Origin: Candidatus Latescibacterota bacterium
GTDB taxonomy: Bacteria > Latescibacterota > UBA2968 > UBA8231
Direction of reading: 5' to 3'
Assembly (NCBI GenBank): GCA_965215195.1
Contig: CBDCDC010000001.1
Coordinates: 128,001 to 192,000, forward strand
DNA length: 64,000 nt
Part shown: piece after piece, positions 48,586 through 58,404 of the stretch
How positions within the stretch are numbered: the first letter of the stretch is position 1
Layout: every line of letters begins with the position of its first letter
Translations under genes and position numbers: made by a program
The notes under the pieces: model-generated
Told to the model about the DNA's origin: nothing
The model's database searches: none
What the model saw: only the letters and a program-made list of their open reading frames with translations

Positions 48586-51375
48586 TCAATACAAAGGTCG
48601 CAGCCCGACAATCAAGCGCAGAAACAGCCGCGAGAAATCGATGCCTTGGGCACTGCGCTTCTGGTCTAGGAATGTCCGTACGCGTTTCTCATATCCTAGG
48701 TTGAGATTGAGCTGATAACCGACGTAGGTGGAATTGTTGCTCAACAGCACCAGATACACTGCGGAATCGAAATCCGCTTCTGGCGTCAATTCATTGCGGT
48801 ACTTGCTTGTGAAAAACGAAAAGCCTTGGGCCCCCAGTTTTATCGTCGTGCGGGCGGAAAGCGGATATTCCAGCCGCAAAATGGGATAGAGAAAATTCTC
48901 GTGAATCGGCAAGAGCGCGTTTGCGTCATCTTGCAAGCGTTGCCGCAGCCACTTGAACTGGGGAATTATCTGTAGTTTGCGCCACGGATTCCACTGATAG
49001 TCGGCTTTGCAGACCGTGGCCAGATCGGATATCCTGTTGTCCGGTTGCCGGGAAGTGCTTTGCTGAAAATTATTTTCGTATTTGAGTGTTAGTTCTACGT
49101 TCAGGTTAGGGATGCGGATCAAACGGGTCCGAATAAAAAACGTATTCACCCAGCTATCTTGCATCAGCAGCGGATCCTGTAGTAATTCGGCATCGCCCAG
49201 TGGGTTGAAAATTTCCTCGTCCGTCAGCGCTACAATGGGAATCACGTCGGGCTCGAAGTAGATAGGGTTACGCCTGAGGCCGAACACGTCATCGGCAATG
49301 TCATCCTGTACGCGTTTGAGCCGTTCTACTGTGTACAGATCCACCAGAAAGGGAATGCGACGCCGGTACTCGAGCTTGCCATAGGTGGATGTTGCCTGCC
49401 CCCCCCCGAAAGGCGCCCAAGTATTGTGATGGCCCAGCGTCACAGACATGGCTCTGATGAGAAAAAGGGTTGTGAAACCGTGGAAGCCGCGGCGGTCCGC
49501 ATCATACGGATAGTCCGGCTTTTCGTCATTCTCGCGCTCGTCGATCTTGCCGTTGTTATTGGTATCGTCTCCCCATTCGAAGGCGTCGGGATTGACTTTA
49601 TAGAGGAGGAAAGGCTCAAAGTAATCGGGGATCTGGTTGTTGTTCTCATTAATATCTGGACGGCCGTTCAAATCAGCGTCCAATCCCGGGAACACCCCAT
49701 CGGGATCTTCGATAAAGCGCCCCCCGGTCGCTAGATTTGTGGTCCGGCGGAGAAAGTACGAATCGGGAAACGGGTCCTTATCGTCGTTGTCGTCCACGGT
49801 ATTGAATTCGATTGTATAGGTCTGATCCGCTATGTTCGAGCCAATGAATGTGGGCAGGCGCGGTTCGTGATAGTTATTGGGGAATTGAAAAGGGCTGGTG
49901 AGAAAACCGGAATAACTCCTGAAGTCATCGTCCTGTACCGTTAGGGCGGTTGAGTAGCGGCTATCTACGTTAAACACCTCGCCACCGATAGTGAACCTGT
50001 CCCAAGCCCGGCGCAAAACGACAAACCAAGCTTGGCTTTGGTCTGATAAGGGATGGTTTTTGGTGCTGACTAGGGACGGATAGGCCCGGTGCGAGAAATT
50101 GCGCACGTATTCGGTATTCAGGGAGAAGCCCCGAATGTCCAAGTTGAGATGGGCGCTGGCAAGAGTGCGGCCTGTTTGGCGACCATAGTCCACCCGCACC
50201 CGTTTGAAGTCGTTTAGATTAGCCGGCCTACCGCGCGACTGGGCTGCGGTGTAGAAATAGGTCGCCGGATTCCTCGAGAGGCCGTCAAAAACTTCGGATA
50301 GCTCGATCGCGTAGTCGCCGGCCACGTCTAGGCTGGCGTATGTCTTGGTGACGATGACAGTGTCGCCGTTGTCCGCAAAAAAAGCCGGCACCTTGAACCA
50401 GAACAGCAAACTGCCTCGGCCTCGGGTTTGGTAGAAGCCCCGCGGTGTCGGTTCGACGTGGGGGTGATCGATGATAAGATCGTTACTAGTGTCGCGCGTT
50501 ATGGGCGGAATGATGGTCCGATCTTCGTGCTCCGTAACCGTCAGCGTCAGCGTTTCGGTGTCCAGCTTGTCGTAAGGACCCAACACGTGGGTAAACTGGC
50601 GTCCGTTGAGCGTTAGCACTGGTGCTGCCACCCGGACGCCGACATTATCTTCGGGCACCTGATCCGATACGCGCACCACTATCCACTCCGGCGGTTTGCC
50701 CGTAGTGGGTAGGGTACCTTTGAAGCTGTTTTCGCTAAGCTCCTTAAAACTGTCCGTGCGGTATTGGTTGACCCAGCTCAAGCCCATGTCCAGACCAGGT
50801 AATTGGGTGCGCACATCTCCCGACATTAGGTATGTACTCCAACGCGGCCGGAATTCAGAGCCTTCCGTGCCGTGAATTCTATGGTCGGCGTTGAGCACGG
50901 ATTCAAAAATAGGTTTATCCACTCGCGAGGTGGCTAGCACCACCGAGCCACCCTTGAAATGAGTGTCCAAACGGATCCCGTTCATCGCCGCTAGGTCCAA
51001 GGTCAGCGAAGTGTACTTGGTGCGGATCCGGTCGCCAATAATCAACTGTGAATTGGCACCTTTATACGAGTCGTTGGCTATCACTAGGCGATTGAGGTAG
51101 GCCTCATAGAGCCTCGGTTTGGCAATGATACTTCCGGCCGCCGGCCGGATGGTGCGGAACTCCTGTAGCTGAAACACGGTCGCCCCATTCAGCACGAACT
51201 GGCCCAAGGGGTCGAATTGGGGCGTGCGGTCCCGGCCGAAGATAAGGTTCTCGTAGCTGCGGTAACTTTCGTACGCATAGTTGATATAAGGCTCGCCGGG
51301 TCTGAATAATAGCTGTGCCTCGGCAGCGGCAGACCATATCACTCCTGCGAGGACCAATGTAGCCGACAATCTCAT
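48586..51375 (-). CDS. Large exported protein, paralog B
   Basis: Signal peptide (AEA); TVDDNDDKDPFPD, DGVFPGLD; same motif series as paralogs A and C. Confidence 0.75.
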   Translation of the reverse strand: MRLSATLVLAGVIWSAAAEAQLLFRPGEPYINYAYESYRSYENLIFGRDRTPQFDPLGQFVLNGATVFQLQEFRTIRPAAGSIIAKPRLYEAYLNRLVIANDSYKGANSQLIIGDRIRTKYTSLTLDLAAMNGIRLDTHFKGGSVVLATSRVDKPIFESVLNADHRIHGTEGSEFRPRWSTYLMSGDVRTQLPGLDMGLSWVNQYRTDSFKELSENSFKGTLPTTGKPPEWIVVRVSDQVPEDNVGVRVAAPVLTLNGRQFTHVLGPYDKLDTETLTLTVTEHEDRTIIPPITRDTSNDLIIDHPHVEPTPRGFYQTRGRGSLLFWFKVPAFFADNGDTVIVTKTYASLDVAGDYAIELSEVFDGLSRNPATYFYTAAQSRGRPANLNDFKRVRVDYGRQTGRTLASAHLNLDIRGFSLNTEYVRNFSHRAYPSLVSTKNHPLSDQSQAWFVVLRRAWDRFTIGGEVFNVDSRYSTALTVQDDDFRSYSGFLTSPFQFPNNYHEPRLPTFIGSNIADQTYTIEFNTVDDNDDKDPFPDSYFLRRTTNLATGGRFIEDPDGVFPGLDADLNGRPDINENNNQIPDYFEPFLLYKVNPDAFEWGDDTNNNGKIDERENDEKPDYPYDADRRGFHGFTTLFLIRAMSVTLGHHNTWAPFGGGQATSTYGKLEYRRRIPFLVDLYTVERLKRVQDDIADDVFGLRRNPIYFEPDVIPIVALTDEEIFNPLGDAELLQDPLLMQDSWVNTFFIRTRLIRIPNLNVELTLKYENNFQQSTSRQPDNRISDLATVCKADYQWNPWRKLQIIPQFKWLRQRLQDDANALLPIHENFLYPILRLEYPLSARTTIKLGAQGFSFFTSKYRNELTPEADFDSAVYLVLLSNNSTYVGYQLNLNLGYEKRVRTFLDQKRSAQGIDFSRLFLRLIVGLRPLY

Positions 51376-51390
51376 GTGATTCCACCCGTA

Positions 51391-54081
51391 TTAGCCAATG
51401 TAGACCCTAAAGAAATATTCTAGGAAACCGTCTTGGGGTCGGGTCGAGCCGGTGAATTTCTTAATCGTATGATATCCTCCCAACAGTAGAGTCAGGTCGT
51501 AGCCGCGGTAATTGCTCTTGTTCTGGAAAAATGCCGTGTAGGTCAGGCGCGTGAACTCACTCTCTGGACGGGCCGCATCGAGAAAACGCTCGCGCCAGAA
51601 AGGCAAGCCTTGGATTCCCGTTTTGAGGACGGTCTTAGCCGTCAACTGATAGTCCACGCGCAGAATGGGCATGAGCCAGCGGCTCTGGGTGTCCGGGATC
51701 TGGAGTTCGGACGACTTGTGTCGCTGGTAGATATGCTTGAACTGGGGGAGAATGCTGAAACGTCCCCGGGTTATGGTGTAGTCGACCTTGTTCACCATGG
51801 CAAAACGGGTCATCGTGCCCGGTTTGGTTGCTACGGGATCGGCTAGGATCTGTCCCTCTAGGTCGATATGGGTAAAGGAGATGATATTGCGCATGTTCAA
51901 CACCGGCAGAGTCGTCAGAGCCCACTCAAAAAAGCTCTGGTTGTTGAGGCTGTTCCTGTTTTCCAGCCGGTCCGGGCTTAAGGTGGTGTCGGAAGTGGGG
52001 ATAAAGGTCGTATTTTGGATGTTGTCCTTCACCCGCTTAATGCGGTGATTAAGGCGCACATAGCCCCAATTTTTCCAGTCGCGCTGGTACTGGGTTTCCA
52101 GATAGCGGGAGTGGTTGCGCGTACCCAGGACTGGCTGACGCACCCGGTACAGGCCCAGCCGTAGCTGCGTGCGCTCAGTAGGTTGTAGCGAGACAAAACC
52201 ATGAAAGCCGCGATGGTCCACTGGATATAGGTAGTCGGGCAGATTGTCGTTTTCGCGAAAATCGACTGTGCCGTTGTTGTCGAAATCATCTCCGAAAACC
52301 AAGTTGGGCAGTTCGGCATAGTAGCCTATAAAGGGTTGTGTTGCATCGGAACCCCGATCCAAGTCTAGGTTGAAATCGAGGATACCGTCGCCATTAGGAT
52401 CGAAGCCGGGGAACACGCCGTGGCCTTGGCCGCTGGCGCTCTTGTAGGGGGCCAATGGATCGTCGCGTTCTACCCGATCGGGCCAGTCGTCCAGATCGTC
52501 GTTATCCTCGACTAGTGCGAACGAATCGTAAAGTCGGCCGCCGACGGTAGGGCCTACCTTGGAAGAAAAAAACAAAGAGAAATCTGTGGTGTAGTCGTGC
52601 GGCACATCGAATAACTCAAAGCCTACCTCTGCCCGGTTGTATATAGGACGCAGCATATTGACATAATACATTGAACTTTCGCGCTTGTAGCGCTTGCCTC
52701 GAGCTGCGGGCACCTTAAAAAAGGTCGTGCTGCGGGCGAGTTCTCCCTCTAATTGAAAGCCCATAAAGGTGGCTGCAAAATTAAAACCGAGTAGCGAGAG
52801 GCCAGTGGGAAAACCGTAGTTAAAGCGGATTTGGCGCAAATTGCTGCGCTGGCCAGCTTGGCCGGTGGCGCGTGCCGCATTGTACCAGTCGTAGTAAAAA
52901 TCATCATCGCCCGGTGCCAATAGGGGTACCTGTACGGCTCCGACCACATCTAGGCTGTAGTCATTGGCCACGACGGCACTGAAATCGATCCGGCTCACCG
53001 TATCAGGCACGACGTATTCATAATAGATGACGTCCGTGTCGTGGGCACTAAGGGGGGTGGCTTGAGTGGCGGGGGCTACATCTTGGGTAATGCCGGCTAG
53101 CAGAGAACGAAAAAAAGGCGTATTGCTGGCATCGACCACTGCGTGCAGCCAGTCGCGATTGCGGCGCAAATAGCCGATTTCGTGTGGTTGCAACAGGATC
53201 GTGCTGCTCAGATCTGTAGTCACCGGAATGTGTTCGAGCAGATTACTGATCCGGCCCACCCGCACCGGCAGTACGGGGACATCGTTTACGAACATATCCA
53301 GTTGATGCACTTCGGCACCAGAGCCTTTGTGCGGCGCATCGTCGCTAATAAAAACGAATACCTTGCGCAAGCCGTCCTGCATTACCTGAGGCACGGTGCC
53401 TCTCAAGCTGTTGGTTTTGGCATTAGCTTCGGCGTCAAAGCGATGCACGTTGACATAGGTGGATCCTATCTTGAGGATATCGCCGATCTGGCTCTCCCAG
53501 TGCCCGCCGAACAGGCTCGTACCAAAAATCCGGCGTTGGGTTGCGTTTTGTTCGAGGGATCCTAAACCCGATGCAATCACCGGATCGGTGAGATGCGTGC
53601 CAATAATGCTGAAACGGCTCTTGCGGGAAGAGCCGTCCCAGCGAATGCCGTTGTAGCTAGGCAGATTCAAGGTCATCGGGGTGAAGAAGGTGCGGATATG
53701 GTCCCCAATTATCAAGCGGGTGGACCAGGAGCCGAAGCCCTCGTTGGCGATGATCAGCTTCTGGAAGAAGCGATCGTAGCGCGCATTGCGAGATTCAAAG
53801 CTGCCCCTAATCCCGGGTGCGTCCCGGCGAATTTCGCTGTAATCAACCACATTGACACCATCGATCAGCAGGTCGCCGAACAGGTCGAAGCGGCGATTCT
53901 CATCTTCTAGGTCATAGTCGCGATAGCCCGATGCACCGTAGTTTTCAAACAGCTCGTTGGCCCACAAGCGCCGGTAGTCCCGCGATAGAAATTGGCCCTC
54001 GACTAGATCGGCACCAACTGCTAGCAGGAGACAAAGAATGCTAAGGGCATAGCTGGGAGTGTGCATAAATGCACGTTTCAT
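51391..54081 (-). CDS. Large exported protein, paralog A
   Basis: Signal peptide; LVEDNDDLDDWPD, GVFPGFDPNGDG; ends YFFRVYIG; start 54081 or 54066. Confidence 0.75.
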   Translation of the reverse strand: MKRAFMHTPSYALSILCLLLAVGADLVEGQFLSRDYRRLWANELFENYGASGYRDYDLEDENRRFDLFGDLLIDGVNVVDYSEIRRDAPGIRGSFESRNARYDRFFQKLIIANEGFGSWSTRLIIGDHIRTFFTPMTLNLPSYNGIRWDGSSRKSRFSIIGTHLTDPVIASGLGSLEQNATQRRIFGTSLFGGHWESQIGDILKIGSTYVNVHRFDAEANAKTNSLRGTVPQVMQDGLRKVFVFISDDAPHKGSGAEVHQLDMFVNDVPVLPVRVGRISNLLEHIPVTTDLSSTILLQPHEIGYLRRNRDWLHAVVDASNTPFFRSLLAGITQDVAPATQATPLSAHDTDVIYYEYVVPDTVSRIDFSAVVANDYSLDVVGAVQVPLLAPGDDDFYYDWYNAARATGQAGQRSNLRQIRFNYGFPTGLSLLGFNFAATFMGFQLEGELARSTTFFKVPAARGKRYKRESSMYYVNMLRPIYNRAEVGFELFDVPHDYTTDFSLFFSSKVGPTVGGRLYDSFALVEDNDDLDDWPDRVERDDPLAPYKSASGQGHGVFPGFDPNGDGILDFNLDLDRGSDATQPFIGYYAELPNLVFGDDFDNNGTVDFRENDNLPDYLYPVDHRGFHGFVSLQPTERTQLRLGLYRVRQPVLGTRNHSRYLETQYQRDWKNWGYVRLNHRIKRVKDNIQNTTFIPTSDTTLSPDRLENRNSLNNQSFFEWALTTLPVLNMRNIISFTHIDLEGQILADPVATKPGTMTRFAMVNKVDYTITRGRFSILPQFKHIYQRHKSSELQIPDTQSRWLMPILRVDYQLTAKTVLKTGIQGLPFWRERFLDAARPESEFTRLTYTAFFQNKSNYRGYDLTLLLGGYHTIKKFTGSTRPQDGFLEYFFRVYIG

Positions 54082-54115
54082 AACGCGAATTACAATAGCC
54101 CCAAGACACAAGGCG

Positions 54116-54146
54116 AAAAATGATTACCCGAGCCATCTCGGGTGAA
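54116..54146 (-). terminator. Intergenic stem-loop (weak terminator or RNA-stability hairpin)
   Basis: acccgag-ccat-ctcgggt, followed on the minus strand by aatcattttt. Confidence 0.45.
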
Positions 54147-54181
54147 CAGTAAACGACCGCGAACGCTTTGACCTACGCGCT

Positions 54182-56323
54182 TCAGTAAGCCAACCCGATG
54201 ACGCCCGTGCCTACTTTTTTGTTGGGTTTTAGGTCTACGACAATGCGAAACACGTACAAGCCGGGCGGCAGTACTTCACCGTCATCTCCGCGTCCGTCCC
54301 AGCGACCGGGCAGATTGGCGTTGAGGCCATCTCTAGGTACATAATTCCCGGCATTGAGGGTGTGCATAGGGAGAGTACAGACCAAGTGGCCTCCCAGATC
54401 GTAGATTTCAAAGTGGACCTGGGCATCATGCACTCGTCCCAAAACAAAACCCAAAATGGCTTCGTCGTTGATGGTGTCGCCATTAGGCGTGAAGGTTGCA
54501 GGATGGGCCTTCACATTATCGAGAATAGCAATGTCGAAATCGGTTGCCGAGGCAGTGATGGAATACGCCAATCCAGTATTTGGATTGGTACCCTCGCGCT
54601 CTTGGACCCGCAGCGAGGAGACCGCATCGGGCGGAGAAAGCAATCCCTGGAAGGCGTGGCTAGCCGCTAGCAGCCGGGTAGTAAAGGGTATAACCAGTTC
54701 CGTAGTGCCGGTTTCAGAGGTAATAGGCGGGTCGAAAACCAACACTAGGGAATCGTTACTGGCCACTACATCGGCAATGCCGGCATCACCCAAGCCTTGG
54801 ACGGAGGGCTTGTCCAGACTGGCCGGCCACGGAGTTGTAATCGCCAAGCGTCCAATCCCGGCATCATCCGCTTTGATGTCTAGTTCGAGCGTATAGGTAA
54901 AAAGCGTATCCACGCCAATCGAAGCGCGTAGCGGCAAGATGGAAGCTGCTGCGCGAGAGGCCGGGGTGGGACCGCTGTCGTAGAAGACAACTAGGCTGTC
55001 TAGCACTGGCCCCTCCGTCAACGCTTGGGTCGCAAGGCGGGATTCGAATTGCAGGAAACGGCGCGGTTCAGGGACGTCCAGCAGTCTATCGAGGGCCGGT
55101 GCCCAGTCCGACCAGGCACTCCAGCTTTGGCCATCGTCGCCACTGCGAAAGCGCAGACTCATTTCCGCGTTGGACGGTACTTGGCCGAACCATTGGACTC
55201 GTTCAAAATTCTTCAGATCATCGGTGCCCAGATTTAGCTGGGGAGACCGGTAGATACCCTGCTGGTCCAGTCCTTGAACATAGACTTCCAGTTCACCCAC
55301 CCGCGGCGCAGCATTGCGATTGGAAAACTCGGTGATAGTCAGGCGCACGTGACGGGCGGAAATGGGCGGAAAGACCACTTCGCTCTCCTGAAATGTGGCA
55401 ATCTGATTATGCGATCCGACTTCTAGGAATCCGACCCCGTCCTTGCTCACTAGAATGCTATACCCGCGCAGCGAGAGATCTTCGTAACTGGTTCTACCCG
55501 AAGGGGGCTGTGTGATTACCCGCACCCGTTCAATGGAGAACAGGCGGCCCAGATCGGTTCCAACACTCTGTAAAAGCGCACCAGCTCCCTTGCGAAAATT
55601 CACCGAAGTGCTGAGGTTGCCGTCCACCATATTGGGCTCGGTCGACAGCGTATTGAAGGCCATATTCTGGCCGGCCAAATCGCGTAGTTGCAACCCGCCT
55701 TGATGGCCGGCCAAGCCACCGGCAAACCCTGCCATACTCTGATTCCTAGTCAGATCCAAATCCGCAAATTCGGCATAGATACCCGGAGCGAGATTGCCAG
55801 CCTGAACGGGTTGCCAATGCACGGCTCCGCCATTTTCCTCGTAATCTCCTAAATTTCTCTGGCGGAGGGTCATCCAATCCGCATCTTCCTCGTTGGGAAG
55901 CGGGGTGCCAGTCCAGAACCAAGGATTGACCCGACCCGTGGGCGAACTGACAAAGCGCTCTTCCCCCCCACTCAGCACACAGAACAGTCCGTACGGACTC
56001 TGCCTACCATCGTGTTGGACGATTACGGCTACGTGATTCACCCGGCGCTTAAAGGAAACTTCGTAGGATTGTGCCGCATCAGGCCCCTGAGCACTGCCCA
56101 CTAGATCGCCGTTGAGATAGAGGGTATAGTGGCCCCCGACGGCAATCTGGAGCTGGCCGTCCGTCTTACTTGCGAACTCGAAAAAACCGAGATAATACGT
56201 GGTCGTGGGCCAGCTAGAGATAGCGGCGCGCACGAGTTCTTGGGATGACAGGGTACTGCCGTACAGCAGTATCGCCAAGGCCATCAGAACCGCTGGCAGG
56301 CAAAAGGATTTATCGGTTTGCAC
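54182..56323 (-). CDS. Secreted protein with a discoidin/F5-8-like beta-sandwich and a C-terminal FlgD-Ig domain
   Basis: Signal peptide; DGNLST, DLG, ARHVRL..ELEVY; FTPNGD.IND..IYDLGG..WDGR...GLY. Confidence 0.75.
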   Translation of the reverse strand: MQTDKSFCLPAVLMALAILLYGSTLSSQELVRAAISSWPTTTYYLGFFEFASKTDGQLQIAVGGHYTLYLNGDLVGSAQGPDAAQSYEVSFKRRVNHVAVIVQHDGRQSPYGLFCVLSGGEERFVSSPTGRVNPWFWTGTPLPNEEDADWMTLRQRNLGDYEENGGAVHWQPVQAGNLAPGIYAEFADLDLTRNQSMAGFAGGLAGHQGGLQLRDLAGQNMAFNTLSTEPNMVDGNLSTSVNFRKGAGALLQSVGTDLGRLFSIERVRVITQPPSGRTSYEDLSLRGYSILVSKDGVGFLEVGSHNQIATFQESEVVFPPISARHVRLTITEFSNRNAAPRVGELEVYVQGLDQQGIYRSPQLNLGTDDLKNFERVQWFGQVPSNAEMSLRFRSGDDGQSWSAWSDWAPALDRLLDVPEPRRFLQFESRLATQALTEGPVLDSLVVFYDSGPTPASRAAASILPLRASIGVDTLFTYTLELDIKADDAGIGRLAITTPWPASLDKPSVQGLGDAGIADVVASNDSLVLVFDPPITSETGTTELVIPFTTRLLAASHAFQGLLSPPDAVSSLRVQEREGTNPNTGLAYSITASATDFDIAILDNVKAHPATFTPNGDTINDEAILGFVLGRVHDAQVHFEIYDLGGHLVCTLPMHTLNAGNYVPRDGLNANLPGRWDGRGDDGEVLPPGLYVFRIVVDLKPNKKVGTGVIGLAY

Positions 56324-56339
56324 CGTTGTTTACCTACAT

Positions 56340-56374
56340 AAAAAGTGCTGCCGGCTGGTACGCCGGCAGCACTT
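56340..56374 (-). terminator. Rho-independent terminator-like hairpin after the first operon gene
   Basis: Perfect 13-bp stem aagtgctgccggc/gccggcagcactt, 6-nt loop, T-run on the minus strand. Confidence 0.75.
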
Positions 56375-56389
56375 ACTTAGTCAGTTACT

Positions 56390-58291
56390 TTACTTGAGGA
56401 ATGTGACCTTTTTACTCAACTGCAGATTGGGTGCTTCAATCCGGTAGAGGTACACCCCAGTGGATACTTCTGTACCGCTGTCATCCTTGCCGTCCCACGT
56501 GACCGAGAATTTACCTGGACCCATAACCTGATTGGCCAACACGCGCACCAACTGGCCAGTCTGGCTGTAGACCTTGATCTGGATCGGTGCCTGCCAAGGC
56601 AGGTCGAAGCGAATCGTAGTCTCGGGGTTGAAGGGATTGGGGTACGCATTGCCCAGCGCAGGAGCGTTGGGTAATGCGGCACCTTCCAACGCTTCGATCG
56701 CAGTGCTGGCCGAGCCCAAAAGCACCTGCTTCTGATCATAAGGGAACTGGGCCACCGGATGGGTGGGCGGCACTGCGCCGCTATCCTCGGGCACCCATTC
56801 GTTAGAAGCTAGGGCATCGCCGAAACCGCCGATAATCATGTACACGCCGTCCCAGTCGGCACCCTCGTCGACCACGGCCACGTGCTGCGACCAAGTCAAC
56901 GGGGCCTGCTTGGGCTCGAACTTGAACAGACCGGAGCCGTCTTCACCCAGCATGGCACCAAAACTGGTGTTGTCCAAGCCGTTTTCACAGACCGAGACCC
57001 AGCCCCACTTATTGGCGAAAATCGAGTACTTGAAGTTGGGTGCTTCGGTGTGGCCGTAGAGCAGGTCGCCAAACGTGCCGTCTTCCGAATTGAAAGCGCG
57101 GGTATCGCCAAAGCCATCGCCGTTGCGGTTCATCCACATCAGATCGCCATCGTAGCTGTGGCGCACAATGCACGAGGTGTGGTGTGAGGTAGTGGTGATG
57201 CCTTCAGGAGGGGGCTCGCCATTGTAAAAGGCTGCCGTCTCCATAGGCCCCCCGACGCGGTCGGAGCCTGCATTATCGTAGATAAACAGGTCGGTCACGT
57301 CCCAAGTGTCCAGCTTGGCACCAGTCTCGACATCGTAGGATACGATCTGGGCCACCGTGCCGGTCACGCCGGCCGTGACGTAGGCGACGGTCTTGTCGGG
57401 ATTGGTAATGAGGGTGCGCTGTCCCGGGCTGCCGGGCAGTTCCTCAATGTTGATGATGCCGTCCTCAGCGCCGTTGTCAATGCCCCAGTCCTCCACCGGA
57501 GCTAGGCGATTGGAACTCCAGTCCACGGTCCAGCGCATGAGGCGGTTGGACTGGCCGATGCCGATGAACTCGGTCATATCGCTGTTGAGCGGCACACCGG
57601 ATAGCGGCACGCCACCGCCCGCGTCGGTGATGGCAGTCTGGTCGATCAGATCGAATCCCTCGAAGTTCTCGATCCAGTCGTTGTTCATATTGTTGTTGCG
57701 GGTATGATCGAAAACGCGGTTGTTGCCCGTGTCGATGATGAAGCGACCCGGAGTTCCCAGTTTGCGGAAGACGGCACCAGCTACCAGATGGGGCGCGGCT
57801 TCGTCGTCAAAGGCGGCCAAGAACAGCTTGTAGCTTCCTGCGGGCACCGCGTTGCCGTCGTTGTCGCGGCCGTTCCAAACGATGGCGTTGTCTCCTTCTT
57901 CAAAGCGCTGGCCGTTGGACTTGAACACGAGGGGATTGACCCCTTCGTACACGTGCCAGCCCGGATCGGGATGCTCGGGATCGTTATAGGGTCCCGGTCC
58001 TTCGCCCGCGATGGTCAGAGGGGGATTCGCGTCAGCATGGTAGATGATCAGCCAGACTGTGGCACCGCTACCCGAAAGGGTAAAAGGGATCTCCAAGTCC
58101 GAACCATCAAAAGCGTAGCTGGATACATCTGACAAGCCTTCGATCTCCAAGACCGTAGGACTGCCGCCGCTAGTCATATCGGACAGGCTGGTGACATCGG
58201 GATTACCAGCATGGACGAACTGGGCGTTGGCCGTTCCTGCTGCAAGCAGTAGGGATGCCGCCCCTATGGCAATACTTCTCAAGAAGTTCAT
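56390..58291 (-). CDS. Secreted protein with an N-terminal FlgD-Ig-like module and a C-terminal T9SS-typeA/FlgD-like domain
   Basis: Signal peptide (ANA); WNGRDNDGNAVPAGSY; YPNPFNPETTIRF...WDGKDDSG..STGVYLYRI...KKVTFLK. Confidence 0.8.
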   Translation of the reverse strand: MNFLRSIAIGAASLLLAAGTANAQFVHAGNPDVTSLSDMTSGGSPTVLEIEGLSDVSSYAFDGSDLEIPFTLSGSGATVWLIIYHADANPPLTIAGEGPGPYNDPEHPDPGWHVYEGVNPLVFKSNGQRFEEGDNAIVWNGRDNDGNAVPAGSYKLFLAAFDDEAAPHLVAGAVFRKLGTPGRFIIDTGNNRVFDHTRNNNMNNDWIENFEGFDLIDQTAITDAGGGVPLSGVPLNSDMTEFIGIGQSNRLMRWTVDWSSNRLAPVEDWGIDNGAEDGIINIEELPGSPGQRTLITNPDKTVAYVTAGVTGTVAQIVSYDVETGAKLDTWDVTDLFIYDNAGSDRVGGPMETAAFYNGEPPPEGITTTSHHTSCIVRHSYDGDLMWMNRNGDGFGDTRAFNSEDGTFGDLLYGHTEAPNFKYSIFANKWGWVSVCENGLDNTSFGAMLGEDGSGLFKFEPKQAPLTWSQHVAVVDEGADWDGVYMIIGGFGDALASNEWVPEDSGAVPPTHPVAQFPYDQKQVLLGSASTAIEALEGAALPNAPALGNAYPNPFNPETTIRFDLPWQAPIQIKVYSQTGQLVRVLANQVMGPGKFSVTWDGKDDSGTEVSTGVYLYRIEAPNLQLSKKVTFLK

Positions 58292-58404
58292 TTCTTCTCC
58301 TCGTCTCCTTCGTTTAGTTAAAGCGTGATTTTTCGTTAAGTAATTTTAGAAAGCAAAATTCAATACCTTAGCCTCCTTTCTTAAAATTCCGGGTGGTTTG
58401 CCGT

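Noticed and set aside
45462-54081. SusC/TonB-dependent receptors or SprA
   Set aside because: No recognisable TonB box, plug motif or TBDR C-terminal signature was seen. Each protein is far shorter than SprA, and they are paralogs of each other rather than consecutive fragments. Structural modelling is still needed.
54182-58291. Flagellar genes (FlgD, FlgT, MotA similarities)
   Set aside because: Only generic shared domains are present, and there are no flagellar structural genes in the window.
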